A DNA stretch of 64,000 nt from Narcine bancroftii (taxonomy: Eukaryota). Each line of letters opens with the position of its first letter. Position 1 is the first letter of the stretch. Location: positions 70,618,001 to 70,682,000 of the forward strand of contig NC_091471.1 in the NCBI RefSeq assembly GCF_036971445.1. The letters are read 5' to 3'. The notes below the pieces were generated by a model. The model saw only the letters and a list, made by a program, of their open reading frames with translations, made no database searches and was not told the DNA's origin. Shown piece after piece: positions 1-13,525 of the stretch. Position numbers and translations under genes: made by a program.

Positions 1-1779
1 GCCACTGTTGGCGCCTTATTTCCTTGTACTGCATGGATTAGGTTAATAAACTTACAGATATTGTCCGTTGTCCGTCTTTTCTTAATAAATCCAGTTTGAT
101 CTAGTTTTACTATTTTTGGTACACAGTCAGCCAATCTGTTTGCTAATAGTTTTGCTATTACCTTATAATTTGAATTAAGTAGAGATATTGGTCTGTATGA
201 TGCTGGTGTTAGTGGATCATTCCCCATCTTTGGTATTACTGTAATTATTGCAGTTTTACTTGAATCTGGCATGTTTTGTGTTTCTTCAATCTGGTTCATT
301 ACTTCCAGGAGAGGAGGAATTAGTAACTCTTTAAATGTTTTATAGAATTCTATTGGGAGTCCGTCCTCCCCAGGCGTTTTATTGTTCGGTAGCTTTTTTA
401 ATATATCTTGTATTTCCTCTATTTCAAATGGTTTTATCAATTTGTTTTGCTCCTCTTCTTGCAATTTCGGTAGTTCAATTTTAGCTAGAAACTTATCTAT
501 TTTGTCTTCTTTCCCATCGTTCTCAGTTCAGTATAATTGCTCGTAGAATTCCTTGAAGTTTTCATTGATCTCTGTTGGGTTATATGTAATTTGTCTGTCC
601 TTTTTCCTTGATGCCAATACTTTTCTTTTAGATTGTTCTGTTTTAAGCTGCCAAGCTAGTATTTTGTGTGTTTTTTCTCGTAGCTCATAATACTTCTGTT
701 CTGTCTTCATTATGTTCTTCTCTACCTTATACGTTTGTACTGTTTCGTATTTTATTTTTTTGTCTGCCAATTCTCTTCTTTTTGTTGTATCTTCCCTTGT
801 TGCTAGTTCTTTTTCTGTACTTACTATTTCCCTTTCCAACTGTTCTATTTCCCGATTGTAGTCCTTCTTCATCTTAGTTACATAACTTATTATCTGCCCT
901 CTGATGAAAGCTTTCATTGCATCCCATAATATAAATTTATCTTTCACTGATTCTGTATTTATTTCAAAATACATTTTAATTTGGCGCTCAATGAATTCTC
1001 TAAAATCCTGTCTTTTAAGTAGCATGGAGTTTAATATCCATCTATATGTTCTTGGTTGGATGTCCTCCAGCTCTATTGCTAATAACAGGGGTGAGTAATC
1101 TGATAACAATCTAGTTTTATATTCTGTTTTCCTAACTTTCCTTTGGATATGGGCTGACAACAGGAGCAGGTCAATCCTTGAGTATGTTTTATGTCTACTC
1201 AAATAATATGAGTATTCCTTCTCCTTTGGGTGTTGTCTCCTCCATATATCCATAAGTTGCATTTCCTGCATTGATTTAACCATAAATTTGGCTACTTTGT
1301 TTTTTTTCTGCTAGTCTTTTGTCCAGTTTTATCCATCTTTGAATCCAAATTAAGGTTAAAGTCCCCTCCTATCAATATATTCCCCTCTGTATTTACAATC
1401 TTCAAAAAAAAATGTTGCATAAACTTTTGATCCTCTTCATTAGGTGCATATATATTGAGCAAATTCCAAAATTCTGAATATATCTGACACTTTATCATTA
1501 CACACCTCCCAGCTGGATCTATTTTTCCTCCTCTATTTTGATTGGTACATTTTTATTGATTAATATAGCTACACCTCTGGCTTTTGAGTTATATGATGCC
1601 GCCGTTACATGCCCTATCCCGTCTCTTCTTAATTTATTGTGTTCCACTTCAGTTAGATGCATTTCCTGCATAAATGCTATATCATTTTTTTCTTTTCTCA
1701 GTAAATTTAATAGCCTCTTCCTTGTGATTTGGTTATGTATTCCATTAATATTTATAGTCATATAGTTCAACATGGCCAT
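1..1779 (-). pseudogene. L1 ORF2 (APE endonuclease + RT), frameshifted and stop-interrupted
   Basis: Track ORFs 1519-1779, 1292-1498 and 528-1283 are consecutive pieces of one L1 ORF2. Confidence 0.9.
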
Positions 1780-3786
1780 TTCATACTTTGTTTACATCTA
1801 ATTTCCACTTCCTCACCACCACCTTTCCCCTTTTCTCCATTTCCATTTCTCAGTTTTCCTTTTTTGAACGCAATATATGACAACATTTCTAAAACATAAA
1901 ATATTTCAACCATTCCCACATCTAAAATTCCCTTAACCCCAAGTGTCCCCCCTCTCTGATTTGCCCCTTGTCCCTTGATGGTCAACCACAACTCCCCTCT
2001 CCATTCGGACTGCAAACTCATTCGCAAGTGTCAACTGATCTCGCAGTGACTGTTATTCTCTCCCACCCAACCCCCTCCAGAAAAGACTTTTATCTTCCCA
2101 TTACAACAAAGCTCCCCCTCATTTGTTCTCTTTTTCTTTTTTATGTTTTATTTATTTATTATCCATTTTATTATTTATATATATATATTTTAACCCCTCC
2201 TCTTCCCCCCCTTCTCCCTTACTTCCCTTTTTTTCCCTCCTTTAGTTCTTACTTATACATTATTTTTTCTTCTTTATATGTAGTTTGTCATCGTTCTTTG
2301 TTCTTGTTACATCTTTTCATCTTTCTTTCTGTCTTGCAGGTGTTCTGCAAATTCTTGTGCTTTCTCCGAATCCACCACAGGATAACTATTTTAAGCACCA
2401 CTGGATATCTTAACATAAATTTATAGCCTTTCTTCCATAGGATCGATTTTGCTGCGTTAAACTCCTTCCTCTTCTTCAGGAGCTCAAAACTTATGTCTGG
2501 GTAGAAATTTTTTTTTGACTTTTGTATTCCAGTAGTTTTTTGTCTTCTCTCATTTTATTCATTGCCTTCTCCAATATATTTTCTCTTTCGTGTATCTCAG
2601 GAATTTTACTAAAACGGATCTTGGTTTTTGTTGTGACTGTGGTTTCGGGGTTAATGTTCTGTGTGCCCTTTCTATTTTCATTCCTTCCTACATTTCTGGC
2701 ATTTGCAGGACCTTTGGGATCCATCCTTTTATTAATTCTTTCATATCTTTGCCTTCTTCATCTTCCTTAAGGCCCACATCTTTATATTGTTTCTCCTACT
2801 ATAGTTTTCCATTATATCCATCTTCTGAGCTAACAAATCCTGTGTTTCTTTAAATTTTTTATCACTTTATTCCAATTTTCTTTTTAAGTTGTTCACTTCC
2901 ATTTCTACCGCCATTACACATTCTTCCACATTTTCTAATCCTTTCCCTATATCTGTTATGACTAGCTCTATTCTACTCACTTTTTCTTCTCTACTTTTCA
3001 TTTTCCTTTTTATTTCACTAAATTCTAGTGTCAACCATTCTTTTAATGCTTTCATATGTTCCTGAAAATTTTTAAAAATCTATGTACTGTCCATTCCTTT
3101 TACCTCCTATTCCTCTGTGCAGAGCTTGGTGTTTTCCTTCTTCTTCTGTGTCTGCTCTTGGGTTTGTGTCTTTTATTTCTCTTCCTTGTATCTGTGTCTC
3201 TTCTGACTTTCTTGTTGAGCTGCTTGTCTCAGTTTGTTGGGTATTTTTTTTTCTATGGTGTCTTGATGTTGGTCCTCTTCTTCAAAAGGGTACACTAGAC
3301 ACATCTGTTGTGTCTCTAGTTTCCTTTTTGTCATTCTCACCCCTCCCATTCCTATCTTCCAGCTGGGAACCATGCTGTCAGGTCTCTCTCAGCTGTTGGT
3401 CCCCCCCTCCTGTCGGTGTTATCTTTGTCATCCACGGTTGTGCACCTCTGTTTGGCTCCGTGAGCCATCTTTGAAGTCCTGCGGTCAGTCGGTCACGATC
3501 CTGCGCGGTCTCCACTAACCTTAGGGAGTGGGCTCCTCTTTCCACGGCGGGTCCCTGTTTTTTCGTGCAGGTAAGGCCTTCACCTTTCTCTTCCGGCATC
3601 TTTCTTTCTTCTTTTCTTCCCGTTGTTTTTGGCTTTTCTTTCTTAGGTGCCATTTTCTCCACACCTTTATTTTTTATTTGTTGTGATTTGTGTGTCTGGG
3701 GCTTTGTTTTTTCTTCACTTTTTCCCTTTTTTCTGGAGAGGGTTGGTATTCTCCTACTGGCCACTACCAAATCACGTGACTTCTCC
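1..3786 (-). mobile_element. L1-clade LINE, 5' portion (5'UTR, ORF1, spacer, ORF2 endonuclease and start of RT); continues beyond window start
   Basis: ORF1 starts MAPKKEKPK at 3653 and ends ~2307, with stops and frameshifts. ORF2 starts at 1779 with APE motifs (TININGI, IAFMQEMHL, NIYAPN, GGDFN, SRIDL, SDYSP), then WDAMKAFIRG and the pre-RT PGEDG and YRPISLLN motifs near 375-175. Confidence 0.93.
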
Positions 3787-3829
3787 TTGTTATTATGTTG
3801 ATGTACTTGAGTTTTGGGTAACCCCAGCA

Positions 3830-6292
3830 GGCAGGGGATTACTATTGTGGGAAAATGGGACATTTCAAACAGGAATGTCCTGAATTAAAGAGGGAAAGGG
3901 ATGTTATCCCTCTGATGAGGGAGGATTAGTCAGATCAGGGGTTTCTTCCTCCCGGGACCCAGCTGGAACCTTTGATAAATTTCCAACAAAGAGGATGCTG
4001 TTTTTCTGATGGACACAGAGGCCACTAGATCATCATTAAACTTTATACCGGAGGGAGTTAGATTCACGAGTCAACAATTAAAGGTATCGGGGTAAAAGGG
4101 GAAGAGTTTTCTGTACCTATTTTAGGAGTCCATTATGATTGGAACGGATCATGAGAAGTGATGTGGCAATTATTACATTCTGGATATTGGGAGTAACCTC
4201 CTGGGTTATAACTGGGGTTTGAAAAGGGGGTAAAATAAAAATGAGTCCTGAAAGGATTAAGGGGATATTGGAACTGCTTCTCCCGAAAACAAAGAAGGAA
4301 CTAAGGATGTTCCTGGAACTGATGGGTTATTGTCGACTGTGGATAGATTCATATGCACAAAAGACTAGAAACTTATACTTCACCTCTAGGATACTTCAAG
4401 AAACAATGCAAAAGTTAGAAATAACATGGGATTTTCATACCCTATGACATCCCCCTTCCTCAGGATGGGTAGAATGAATGAATCAGACATTGTCCAAATT
4501 GGTGCTAGAAACAAAGTTACCTTGGACTAAATGCCTGCCTATAGCATTACTGCGAATCTGAATAACACCTCAAAGGAATGTCGGATTGTCCCCTTATTAG
4601 ATGCTATTCAGACTGCCATTTTTGGGAAGAGAAGGGGAATTGCCTACTGTAGAAGTTACTGACAAATTTCTAAGGAACTATGTATTGGCACTCGTTTTTT
4701 CTTTATTTGTTCTTAGGAAAAAGGGTCTGTTGGCCCAGACACCACCACTCAAATTTGCTGTTCACAAAATACAACCAGGTGATTGGGTTCTGGTTAAGAC
4801 ATGGAAGGATGCCAAGCATCATCCAAGTTGGGAGGGATCATTTCTAACCTGCCTGACAACTGAGACAGTAATAAGAACTGCATAAAAGGTGGACACATCA
4901 CACCAAAGTGAAAGGACCGGTGAGGACTCCTGCTGAGCTGTCAACTTTGCACATACATCCCACCGAAAACCCACTCAAGATCCAGTTGAAAAGACATTGA
5001 TGGTCATTAGAACAGGACTTGGGATAGTTTGTAAAACATAAGTTAAATATTTATGTACAACCCTCCTCCTTTGGTAGAAAGAAACATGAGATGGTCGTGG
5101 ATATGCTGAATAGAGTTGATAATTGGGAACCAGGGTTGGACTGATGGGATTCATAGCCCAGTAAGAAGAGGATTGGAATCCATCGTCAAGTCCTCAGGGC
5201 CAGTAAAGTTCACCATTACCATCCCCGAGAGTTCTAAACTGCAGGTGATACGGTTCGATGCTTGTAGTTTAATAAAATGTGGAAGGATCGAGAGTCAGAG
5301 ATGATATAGTGTTCAGGAGAAATATATGTGTCTTAATAAATATTTCCCCTATTGGAGTGATGTATGGTGGACTACCCAGAAAAACCTACTCGAAAGAGAT
5401 AAATGGGAAAAATTTGGAATGGGGATGAACATCAGTGGAAAGGACCTGTTGGTGCATTGTTTTAGAATAATCGTAGAAGGATCAAAGACTAATCCAACTC
5501 TCAGTACCTTCACAACAATGCCCAAGGTGAAACCCTATACTTCACCTAATGATCCAAATATAGTACAGATAGTAGAGGTAGAGGACCTTAGACAGATGAT
5601 TGAGATTGAGACAGGATATGGGGATACAAATGCCTGGGTAGAATGGGTAAAATATATGGTGAAGAGTTTAAACAGGAGCAATTGCTATGCATGTGCTTCT
5701 GGACGTCTGATAGCACAGATGGTTCCACCTCTGTTGGGGTGGGGTAAAGACAGACAAGAAATGAGGTGCATGATGGCTTTATATCAGGATAGAGAGGCCT
5801 GGGGTAACCAGTCCTGTAAATCTCTGTCCTTGGTGTTCCCTCCTCTGAAGAGGAAGGATGTCCGGATTTCACCGGCATTCTGGGTTGAGTCAAGGAATCA
5901 CACAGCCTGCATTTCAAGACAAGGAAGACAGTTCACAAAGGACCTTGGAAAGCTACAATTATGCACAAAGGTACAAGACATGACAGAGGAGAGGGGAGGG
6001 AACCACTCAGCCTTGAATGTACCTCGAGCAGATCTAAGGTGGTTCTGCGGAGGCAGAATCATTGGACCAATTCTTCCTCCCAATTGGAAAAGCATCTGTG
6101 CAATCATTCAATTGGCCATACCCTTCACCTTGGCATTTGAATGGGGGAAGACAATAGGGATAAAGAAAAGTAAGGAGTTCCTTGGGATGTTTTTCAATAA
6201 CCAAATTTATATTGATTCAATTGGGGTGCCAAGGGGAGAACCTAACGAACTTTAGGCACGCAATCAGATAGCAGCAGGGTTTGAAGTAGTTT
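3830..6292 (+). mobile_element. Internally deleted class I (gamma/epsilon-like) endogenous retrovirus: gag end, pro, RT piece, IN, env
   Basis: Zinc knuckle remnant YYCGKMGHFKQECP (3840-3881) and amber stop 3927-3929. Protease FLMDTEATRSSLN (~4000-4040), RT thumb PKTKKELRMFLELMGYCRLWI, IN C-terminus IQPGDWVLVK..WEGSF, then env. No LTR seen. Confidence 0.9.
5116..6292 (+). pseudogene. env: Retroviral env (SU and start of TM), two in-frame stops, truncated
   Basis: ORFs 5116-5304 and 5326-6255 share a frame. Contains CxxC (CYAC), NHTAC and YIDSIGVPRGEPNEL*ARNQIAAGFE, typical of ERV3/HERV-I-like and fish class-I envs. Confidence 0.88.
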
Positions 6293-6829
6293 AATCAAAG
6301 ATACATGGTAAAAAGAAAAAGGATGGATTGTGAAAAATGGCTGAAGATAATTAAACTAGCACCGCTCTGTGAAGGGTGATGGAATACAAAATATGTAGAT
6401 TAGAGCTTGAAAATAAACAGCACTAACTAGTGGACCCCTTTCTTATCAGAAACTTCAAGTATGAAGGAATCTGGTTCAGACTGACACAGTGATCTAGGCT
6501 ACCCCATAGTCACCATTGTGCTTGTTTAATAAAGACATGAATATTAACTTAGTCACCCCCTCAGGATGGGACTGCCTAATTAACATAACATGCGATGTAT
6601 GATGAGGGAGGGACTGTGTGGTATCTGCAGGGATGGAAGGGAAAAGGGGAAGGTTGTAAGGTATTGAAATTCCATGAAGGTGTGGTGATGTTGAGTGCGG
6701 AACTGAACAAAAGAGTGATGATTCTGGACCTCCGGTGTGACTTGGGACTAAGAGACACCCAGCTCTGCAGACTCAAAACAAAGCTGAACTTGTTCTCCAA
6801 GACTTTGTCTCCAGAGTAGTGATTGTGAA

Positions 6830-7794
6830 CACTTTCTATTTCACACTTAGCTTTAGTATTCACCAAAGAAAAGGACCTTGGTCAAGGTGCATTCAGAGTA
6901 GAACAAGCTCATCTGCTGAGCCATTTTGAGATTAGGACAGAAGAAGTGCTGGATTTTGTTAAAAACATTAAGATTGTTAAGTCCTTAGGGCTGGACAAGA
7001 TATACCCCATGTTGATGTGGGAAGGGATAAAAGAGATAACTGGGGGGTTGGTGATGATCTTTGCTTACTCCTTGGCTACAGGGGAGGTGATGGAGGATTG
7101 GGGAATGGCAAAAATGGTCCCCCTGTTTTAAAAAGTAAAACGGAGAGTCCTGGGAATTATAGACCTGTGATTCTTACGTCAGTGTTGTGCAGACTATTGG
7201 AAAGGATTCATAAGGACAAGATTTATGAGCATTTGGAGAAGTACTGTCTTCTCATGGATAGTGAGCATGGATTTGTGAGGGGAAGGTCATGCCTCATGAG
7301 TCTAATTGATTTTTTTAAGGAGGTAACAAAAGAAATTGATGATGGTACAGTGTATATGGATTTTAGCAAGGCATTTGACAAGGACCCGCATGGGAGAATC
7401 ATTCAGAAAGTCATTGAAGCATGGGATCCATGTAACAGTGGCTGTGTGGAATCAGAATTGGTTTGTCTGTAGAAAGCAGGGAGAAGTAGTGGATGGAAAG
7501 TATTCTACCTAGAGGTCAGTGATTAGTGGAGTTCTGTGGGGATCTGTTCTGGGACGCCTGCTCTTTTTAATTTTTATAAATGACCTTGATGAAGAAGGGG
7601 AAGGATGGGTCAGTAAGTTTATAGATGATATGAAGGTTGGAGTGGCTGTGGATAGTGTTGAAGCTTGTCATAGATTACAACAAGATATAGTCAGGATGCA
7701 GATTTGGGTGGAAGTGGCAGATGGAGTTCAATCCAGTTAAGTGTGAGGCGATGCATTTTGGCAAGTTGAGCACAGGGTTAAAGGTCAGATACTT
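6830..7794 (+). mobile_element. CR1 LINE RT fragment (5' half of a copy split by an L1 insertion)
   Basis: NYRPVILTS, VYMDFSKAFDK, SGVLWGSVLGRLLFLIFINDL, KFIDDMKVG. The sequence resumes at 13526. Confidence 0.92.
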
Positions 7795-10700
7795 TTTTTT
7801 CTTCCTAAATATTTTTATTAATTTTTTTATTTTATATAAGTAAACAGGTATTTAAAGATGTCAGATGTAAAGAAATCAACAGTTATCTAATTTATTTAGT
7901 ACATCTATTATTGAGTACATCTATTAAGTAACAAAACAACTTACAATTTTATCCTGAATATTATATGTTCATTTTCTCCCCATCTCTTGACCCTGTTACC
8001 AAGTTGAAGTTCTATAATTAACATATGCCTTATGCCTGGAGTAATATAACATTTTGGAAGACAGGTTTTATAATAAAACTAGAGGTTCTGAAAGGGTAAA
8101 ACACAGGATTCTGTTGAGACCGTGATTAAGTGAAAAAATACCCAAATGTTGGAGAAAGATAAAGATACATCACCAATGTTTTGGGCCTGACCCTTTCATC
8201 AAGGTGTGGGGGAACATGAAAGATGTTTGAACAAAAGGGGGAAAGGAGGAGAAGGGGTGATGAGGGTGGGAGATGATAGGTGGAGGTGGGGAGGACTGCA
8301 GGAAGTGGGGAGTCTAGGCTCGGTGGAGAAAGAAAGGAAATAGAACTGGAATGATTAGTTAAAGGTTGGGGGGAGGGGGAAAAAGACAAGCTGATTAGTG
8401 GAATACAGTGAACTCAATGTTCATGCCTTGGGATTGGAGAGTGCCGAGACGAAAAATGAGGTGTTGTTCCTCCAATCTGTGGGCCGTCAGGGTGGGGTAG
8501 TGTGAAAGGCCTTGGACAGACATGTGAGCATGAGAATGTGACTCAGATTTGAAATGGTTAGCTACGGTGAGGTCGCTTTTATTGTGGATGGAGAAGAGGT
8601 GCTGGGTGAAGCAATCTCCTAATCTGCAACTGGTCTCTCTGATGTAGAGAAGGCCACAGAGGGTGCATCAGATGCAGTAAATGAGTTCTTTGGAGGTACA
8701 GGTGAAGTGTTGCTTCACCTGAAAGGTCTTTTTGGGACCTTGGACTGCGGTGAGGGAAGAGGTGTGGATGCAAGTATTACACCCTAAAACTACAGTGGAA
8801 GGTGCTGGGGAGGGATAATGGGTGGAGAGGGAAGAGTGCACAAAGGAGTCATAGAGGGAGCAGTCCCTATGGAAGGCTGAGAGGGGAGGAGAAAGAAAAA
8901 CATTTCTGGTGGTGGGGTCCTGTAGTAAGTGCCGTTTATTCCGATTGATAATGTGTTGGATGCGGAGGCTGGTAGGTGGTAGGTGAAGATGAGGGGGATA
9001 CTGTGTTTATTGTTTCTAGGGGCGGGGGCTAGGGCAGGTGAGCATGGAATGGAGGAGAAGTGGGTGAGGGCCGAGTTAATAGTGGTGGAAGGGAAGCCAT
9101 GTTTGTGAAAGAAGGCAGACATTTCAGAGGCTCTGGATTGGTAGACCTCATCTTGGGAGCAGATGCGGCGGAGATGGAGAAATTGAGAGAAGGGGATGGG
9201 GTCCTTGCAGGGGACAGAGTGTGAGGATGAGTAGTCCAGGTAGTTGTGGGAGTTGGAAGCTTTGTAATAAATGTCAGTGGCGAGTCTGTCTCCTGAGTTG
9301 GAGACAGAGAGATCCAGAAAAGGAAAAGTGTCATCGGAGATGGGCCAGGTGAGTTTGATGTCCAGGTGGAATTTGGCCACAAAGTTGATGAAATTGATGA
9401 GTTCCTCGTAAGTGTCTAAGGCCGTCCCGATGTAGTCATTGATGTACCGGAAGAAGAGTTGGGGGGGGGGTCTTGCCTGTGAAAGCTTGTAGCATGTTTT
9501 GCTCCATAAAACCCACAAACAGGCAGGCAGAGCTTGGACCCATGAGGGTACCCACTGGTAGTGGGATGAGTTGAAGAAAAAATTGTTAAGAGTGAGGACA
9601 TTTTCTGCCAGGCAGAGAAGGGTTGTGGTGGAAGGTGACTGCTCAGGTCTGAGGTCCAGGAAAAAGCAAATGCTTTGAGACCTTCTGTGTGGGAAATGGG
9701 TATAAATGGATTGGACATCCATCGTGAAGATGACGTGGTCCGGTTTGGGGAATCTGAAGTCTTGGGGAAGGTGGAGGGTGTGTGAGGTGTCGTGGATGTA
9801 GTTGGGGAGGGATTGAACTGGAGGGGAGTCAAGATAGGATAAAATTAGTTCCGTGGGGCAGGAACAAGCAGAGTCCATGTGTCTGCCTGGATGGTTAGGT
9901 TTGTGTATCTTGAGTCAAAGATAGAAATAGGCAGTGTGAGGATGGGAGACAATGAGGTTGGTGGCCATGGGGGAAGGTGCCCAGAGTCGATGAGGTGAGA
10001 GATGGTGTTGGAGACAGTGGCTTAATGGGTGATAGTGGGGTCCTGTGGGAGGGGTTGATAGGAAGAAGTGTCTGAAAGCTGTTGACTGACCTCAACAAGG
10101 TAGACTACAACTGCACCACACTTGTCTGTGGGTTTGGTAGTGAGGTTAGGGTTGTTGCAGAGAAAGTGTAAGCCAGAGTGTTCTGAGGAGGTGAGGTTGG
10201 AGTAGGAGAGGGCGGTGGTGAAGTTGATATGGTTGATATCCTGCAGGCTGTTGGAGATAAAAAAGATCCAAAGCGCGCAGCTGGCCAGGAGGAGGTATCA
10301 CAGAGGAGGAAGAGGTCCTGAAATGATAGAAAGGGTCTTGGGGGGAGGGTGTTGGGCCCAAAGTAGTGGGCCTGGAGATGGAGGTGATATAAGAAGAGTT
10401 CAGCATTGCGGCGTGCACAGAACTTGTTGAGGTTTGGATGGAGAGGGAGGAAGGTGAGATCTCTGCTGAGGATAGAGCGCTCCACCTCTGAGAGGGGAAG
10501 ATCAGAGGGGATAGTAAAATCCAGACAAGGATCAGAGTTGGATTTGGTATGGTGGAGGGTGTTGGGGAGTGAGGGAGGGTTGGAGAGGTCCAAGGATGGA
10601 GAAGGGAAGAGGGGAGGTTGGAGGAGGGAGGATTGTTAGGGGGAGAAGGGTTGGGGAGAGGAGGGGGTAGGGAACTGCATGGGGGAGAATGGAGGATGAA

Positions 10701-13525
10701 GAGAGAAAGAGAGAGGGGGTGGAGCAGTCTATAGGATCTTTACCTTTCTTTGCAATAAGAGTAATACCAGTTTCATTGAATGACATTGGAAGCTTACCTT
10801 CCTTAAACGAATCAGACAATACAGAACTTAAAAAAGGTGAGGGCAAAGAAGAAAATGATTTATAAAAAAATCCACAGGAAATCTGTTGTGACCTGCTGAT
10901 TTTCTACATTGCAAAGAAGAGATAGTTGCATTTATCTCTATTTGTGATAAAGGTTGATGTAATCTCATTTTGATATCTGGAGAAAGCAAATTTTTAAAAA
11001 TTCTCCATCAAGCTATTGTCATTTTGAAATTCAGAAGTGTAAAGATGGGAATAAAAATTCCTGAATGTGTCATTAACTTTAGAGTGATCCGAAGTAACAT
11101 TACCATCCTCCATTTTAATTTTTGTAATTTGCTGTCTTGCTTCAAATCCTCTCAACTGATTAGCTAACAACTTACCAGATTTATCACTCTGGATATAAAG
11201 CAGACTCTTATTTTTCAAAATTGGTGCTCAGTGGTATGTGTCAAAAAGAGATAAAATTTAGTTTGAAGTTCCACTCACTTTTCATATAATTCTGCGTTTC
11301 TAACTTGACCGTATTGATGATCTATTTCTTTAATTTGATTAACTAATTCCAAGTGTTCTTTATTAGCCCTTCTTTTCATATTCACAGTGTAAGGGATAAT
11401 TTTCCCCTGAAGATAGACTTTCAATGCGTCCCAGACAATCAGTCTGGAGGTTTCTGAAAAAGTATTTGTACTTAAGAAAAAGGTTATCTGCTCCTCCATA
11501 AATTTCACAAAATCACTGTCAATCAATAAAGTTGAATCGAAATGCCAGTGTCTATTTAAGAAAGGCCAGGAAGGGACATAAATAGTGCAATATGGGCATA
11601 ATCAGATATTCATATACTCTTGTAATCACAAGAGCAAGTCAATGGGATTAATTGATTATCAATAAAAAAATAATCAATCCTAGAAAAAAAAGTATGATGA
11701 ACATGTGAAAATAAAGAATACACTCTCCTATTTGGATAAAGAAAACATCATACATCAGGAATACCATAATCTGATAGGAAGGATTGAATAAATAAGGCAG
11801 ACTTACTCACTATTGCAGGATTGGGAGAAGATCAGTCCAACACAGGATCAAGCCAACAATTTCTCCAAGCACAAGAGAGAATGAGTTCAGATCAGGTAAG
11901 GGATAAAAAACAGTTCAAAAAACCTTACATCATCCACATTAGAGCATAAACCTTAGCAAAAACCATCAATTTATTATACAATTTCCCTGAATCAATAATA
12001 TAACTACTGTAAATATCTGATATTACATTGTGATGAACAAAAGAAATATTTTGGTTGATAAGAATTGAGGCCCCCCGGGTTTTGCCAAGAAATAGAGTGA
12101 AAATGCTTCCCCTTCACTGTGCCTTGAGGCAAGAGCTACGAATATGTGTTTCTTGTTAAAAAAAACAATTGCTGTATCATTTATTTGTAGACAACAAATA
12201 ATTTTCCATCTCTTAACAGGATGGTTCAAACCTTTAACATTCCAACTAACAAAATTTAAAGTTATCCATTGTTAATGGTTAGAGAAGTGAGTTGAAAAAC
12301 ACACGTTAACAAAACTCCAGGTGTCGGCCTTGAGGCAAGAACAGACCATACAGCAGATATTAAAATATAAACAATGCACAAGGGACAAATCTTATGGAGT
12401 CTCCAAACACAATAACAACCTTGAAAAGGCCCACTCCCATCCCCCACCCAAAAACAAGTCAGCTGCCAAAGACACCAGCACTAAGCTTATCAAATTAAAC
12501 ATTTTTCACCTCCCAAAAAAGTCATTCCTGTCCTATGTCATAACATCTTGGCTCCAATATTATCATTAAAGCAAAACTCTACAGTCAGAAAACAACATAT
12601 AACTTGAATAGGAATGCAACCATTTTATATATATATATAAACTACTTTTAGAATTTCCTATTCAATTCTATAAAGTATATTATGAAGAAGAAATATAAAC
12701 TGCTACTAAAAAAAACTATAATTTTTTCCCAAATCCCAGACTTTAAAGCAAAATAAAACTCACAAAACAACAGCCCAAATGGGAATATCACCCTATAAAG
12801 TATGACCAAAACAGAGAGAACCAGACAGTCCTCAGCACTGAATACTGTATGACAAAAGCTATAAAGTTTCAAAAAATAATAGTCAAATAGCTTCAGTCAC
12901 CAAGCAGATATTTATAATGGGTACAAATGTAGAAGGGAGACTCTTTATATATTTCCGTGCCTCAACAACTGAATGCAACCACTTCTTGTGTCCACTGGAG
13001 AGTGTGATACGGAGTCATGCAGGATAAAACAGGGAGGGCTTAATCCTCAGTGTCGTTTATGTGATGGTGATGATCGAGCACGGTCTCTGTCCCGGAGCCG
13101 GTTTAGGTACTAAAGAGTGGTGAGCTCCATCAATCTCTCGTGGGGATGGGAGCATCTCCTTCCCTAAAATCTCACATAACAAACCAGAGAAGAATTTTCT
13201 AAGTTGCCCTTTTCAGTAGATTCTGCCAAGCCCAAGATATGCAGATTTTGTTGTCTGCTCTGGCTCTCCAGATCAAGAACTTCAGTCATGAACTTGGAGT
13301 TAGTGTTATATAAGCTGGAGCAAAGATCTTCTAACTCAGTAACACTTTGGCTAAAGCATTCAGCAGTGTGTTCCAGAGATGACAAATGTTGGCCTTTCTC
13401 CTTCACTCATGACTGGATTTGATAGATTTTGACTTCTAACAGGCAAAAAGAAGCTTTGAAGTCAGCAGTCAGCTAATCCAGTAGGGTAGAAATAGCCTCT
13501 TTTGTTAGGCTAGCAGTTGCCTCAT
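7795..13525 (-). mobile_element. 5'-truncated L1 (second family) inserted in CR1; RT region missing, with a Penelope element in its place
   Basis: Poly(T) at 7793-7840 and TSD GGTCAGATACTT at 7783-7794 and 13526-13537. ORF1 piece LESQSRQQNLHILGL (13164-13406), EN start SWNVKGLNHPVKR (~12250), WDALKVYLQG, and ITLIAKKGKDP at ~10740-10770. Confidence 0.88.
8095..10720 (-). mobile_element. Penelope-like retroelement (RT + GIY-YIG endonuclease), degenerate
   Basis: ORF 8790-9878 has FTMDVQSIYT, FFRYINDYIG, FPFLDL and YYKASNSHNYLDYSSSH..IPFSQFLHLRRICS. GIY-YIG remnant FTCTSKELIYCI.C..CGLLYI at ~8600-8720. PLTR with hammerhead-like core at ~8172-8204. Confidence 0.9.

Noticed and set aside
668-3883. 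Hydrophobic plus-strand ORFs resembling membrane proteins
   Set aside because: Antisense translation of the A-rich L1 coding strand.
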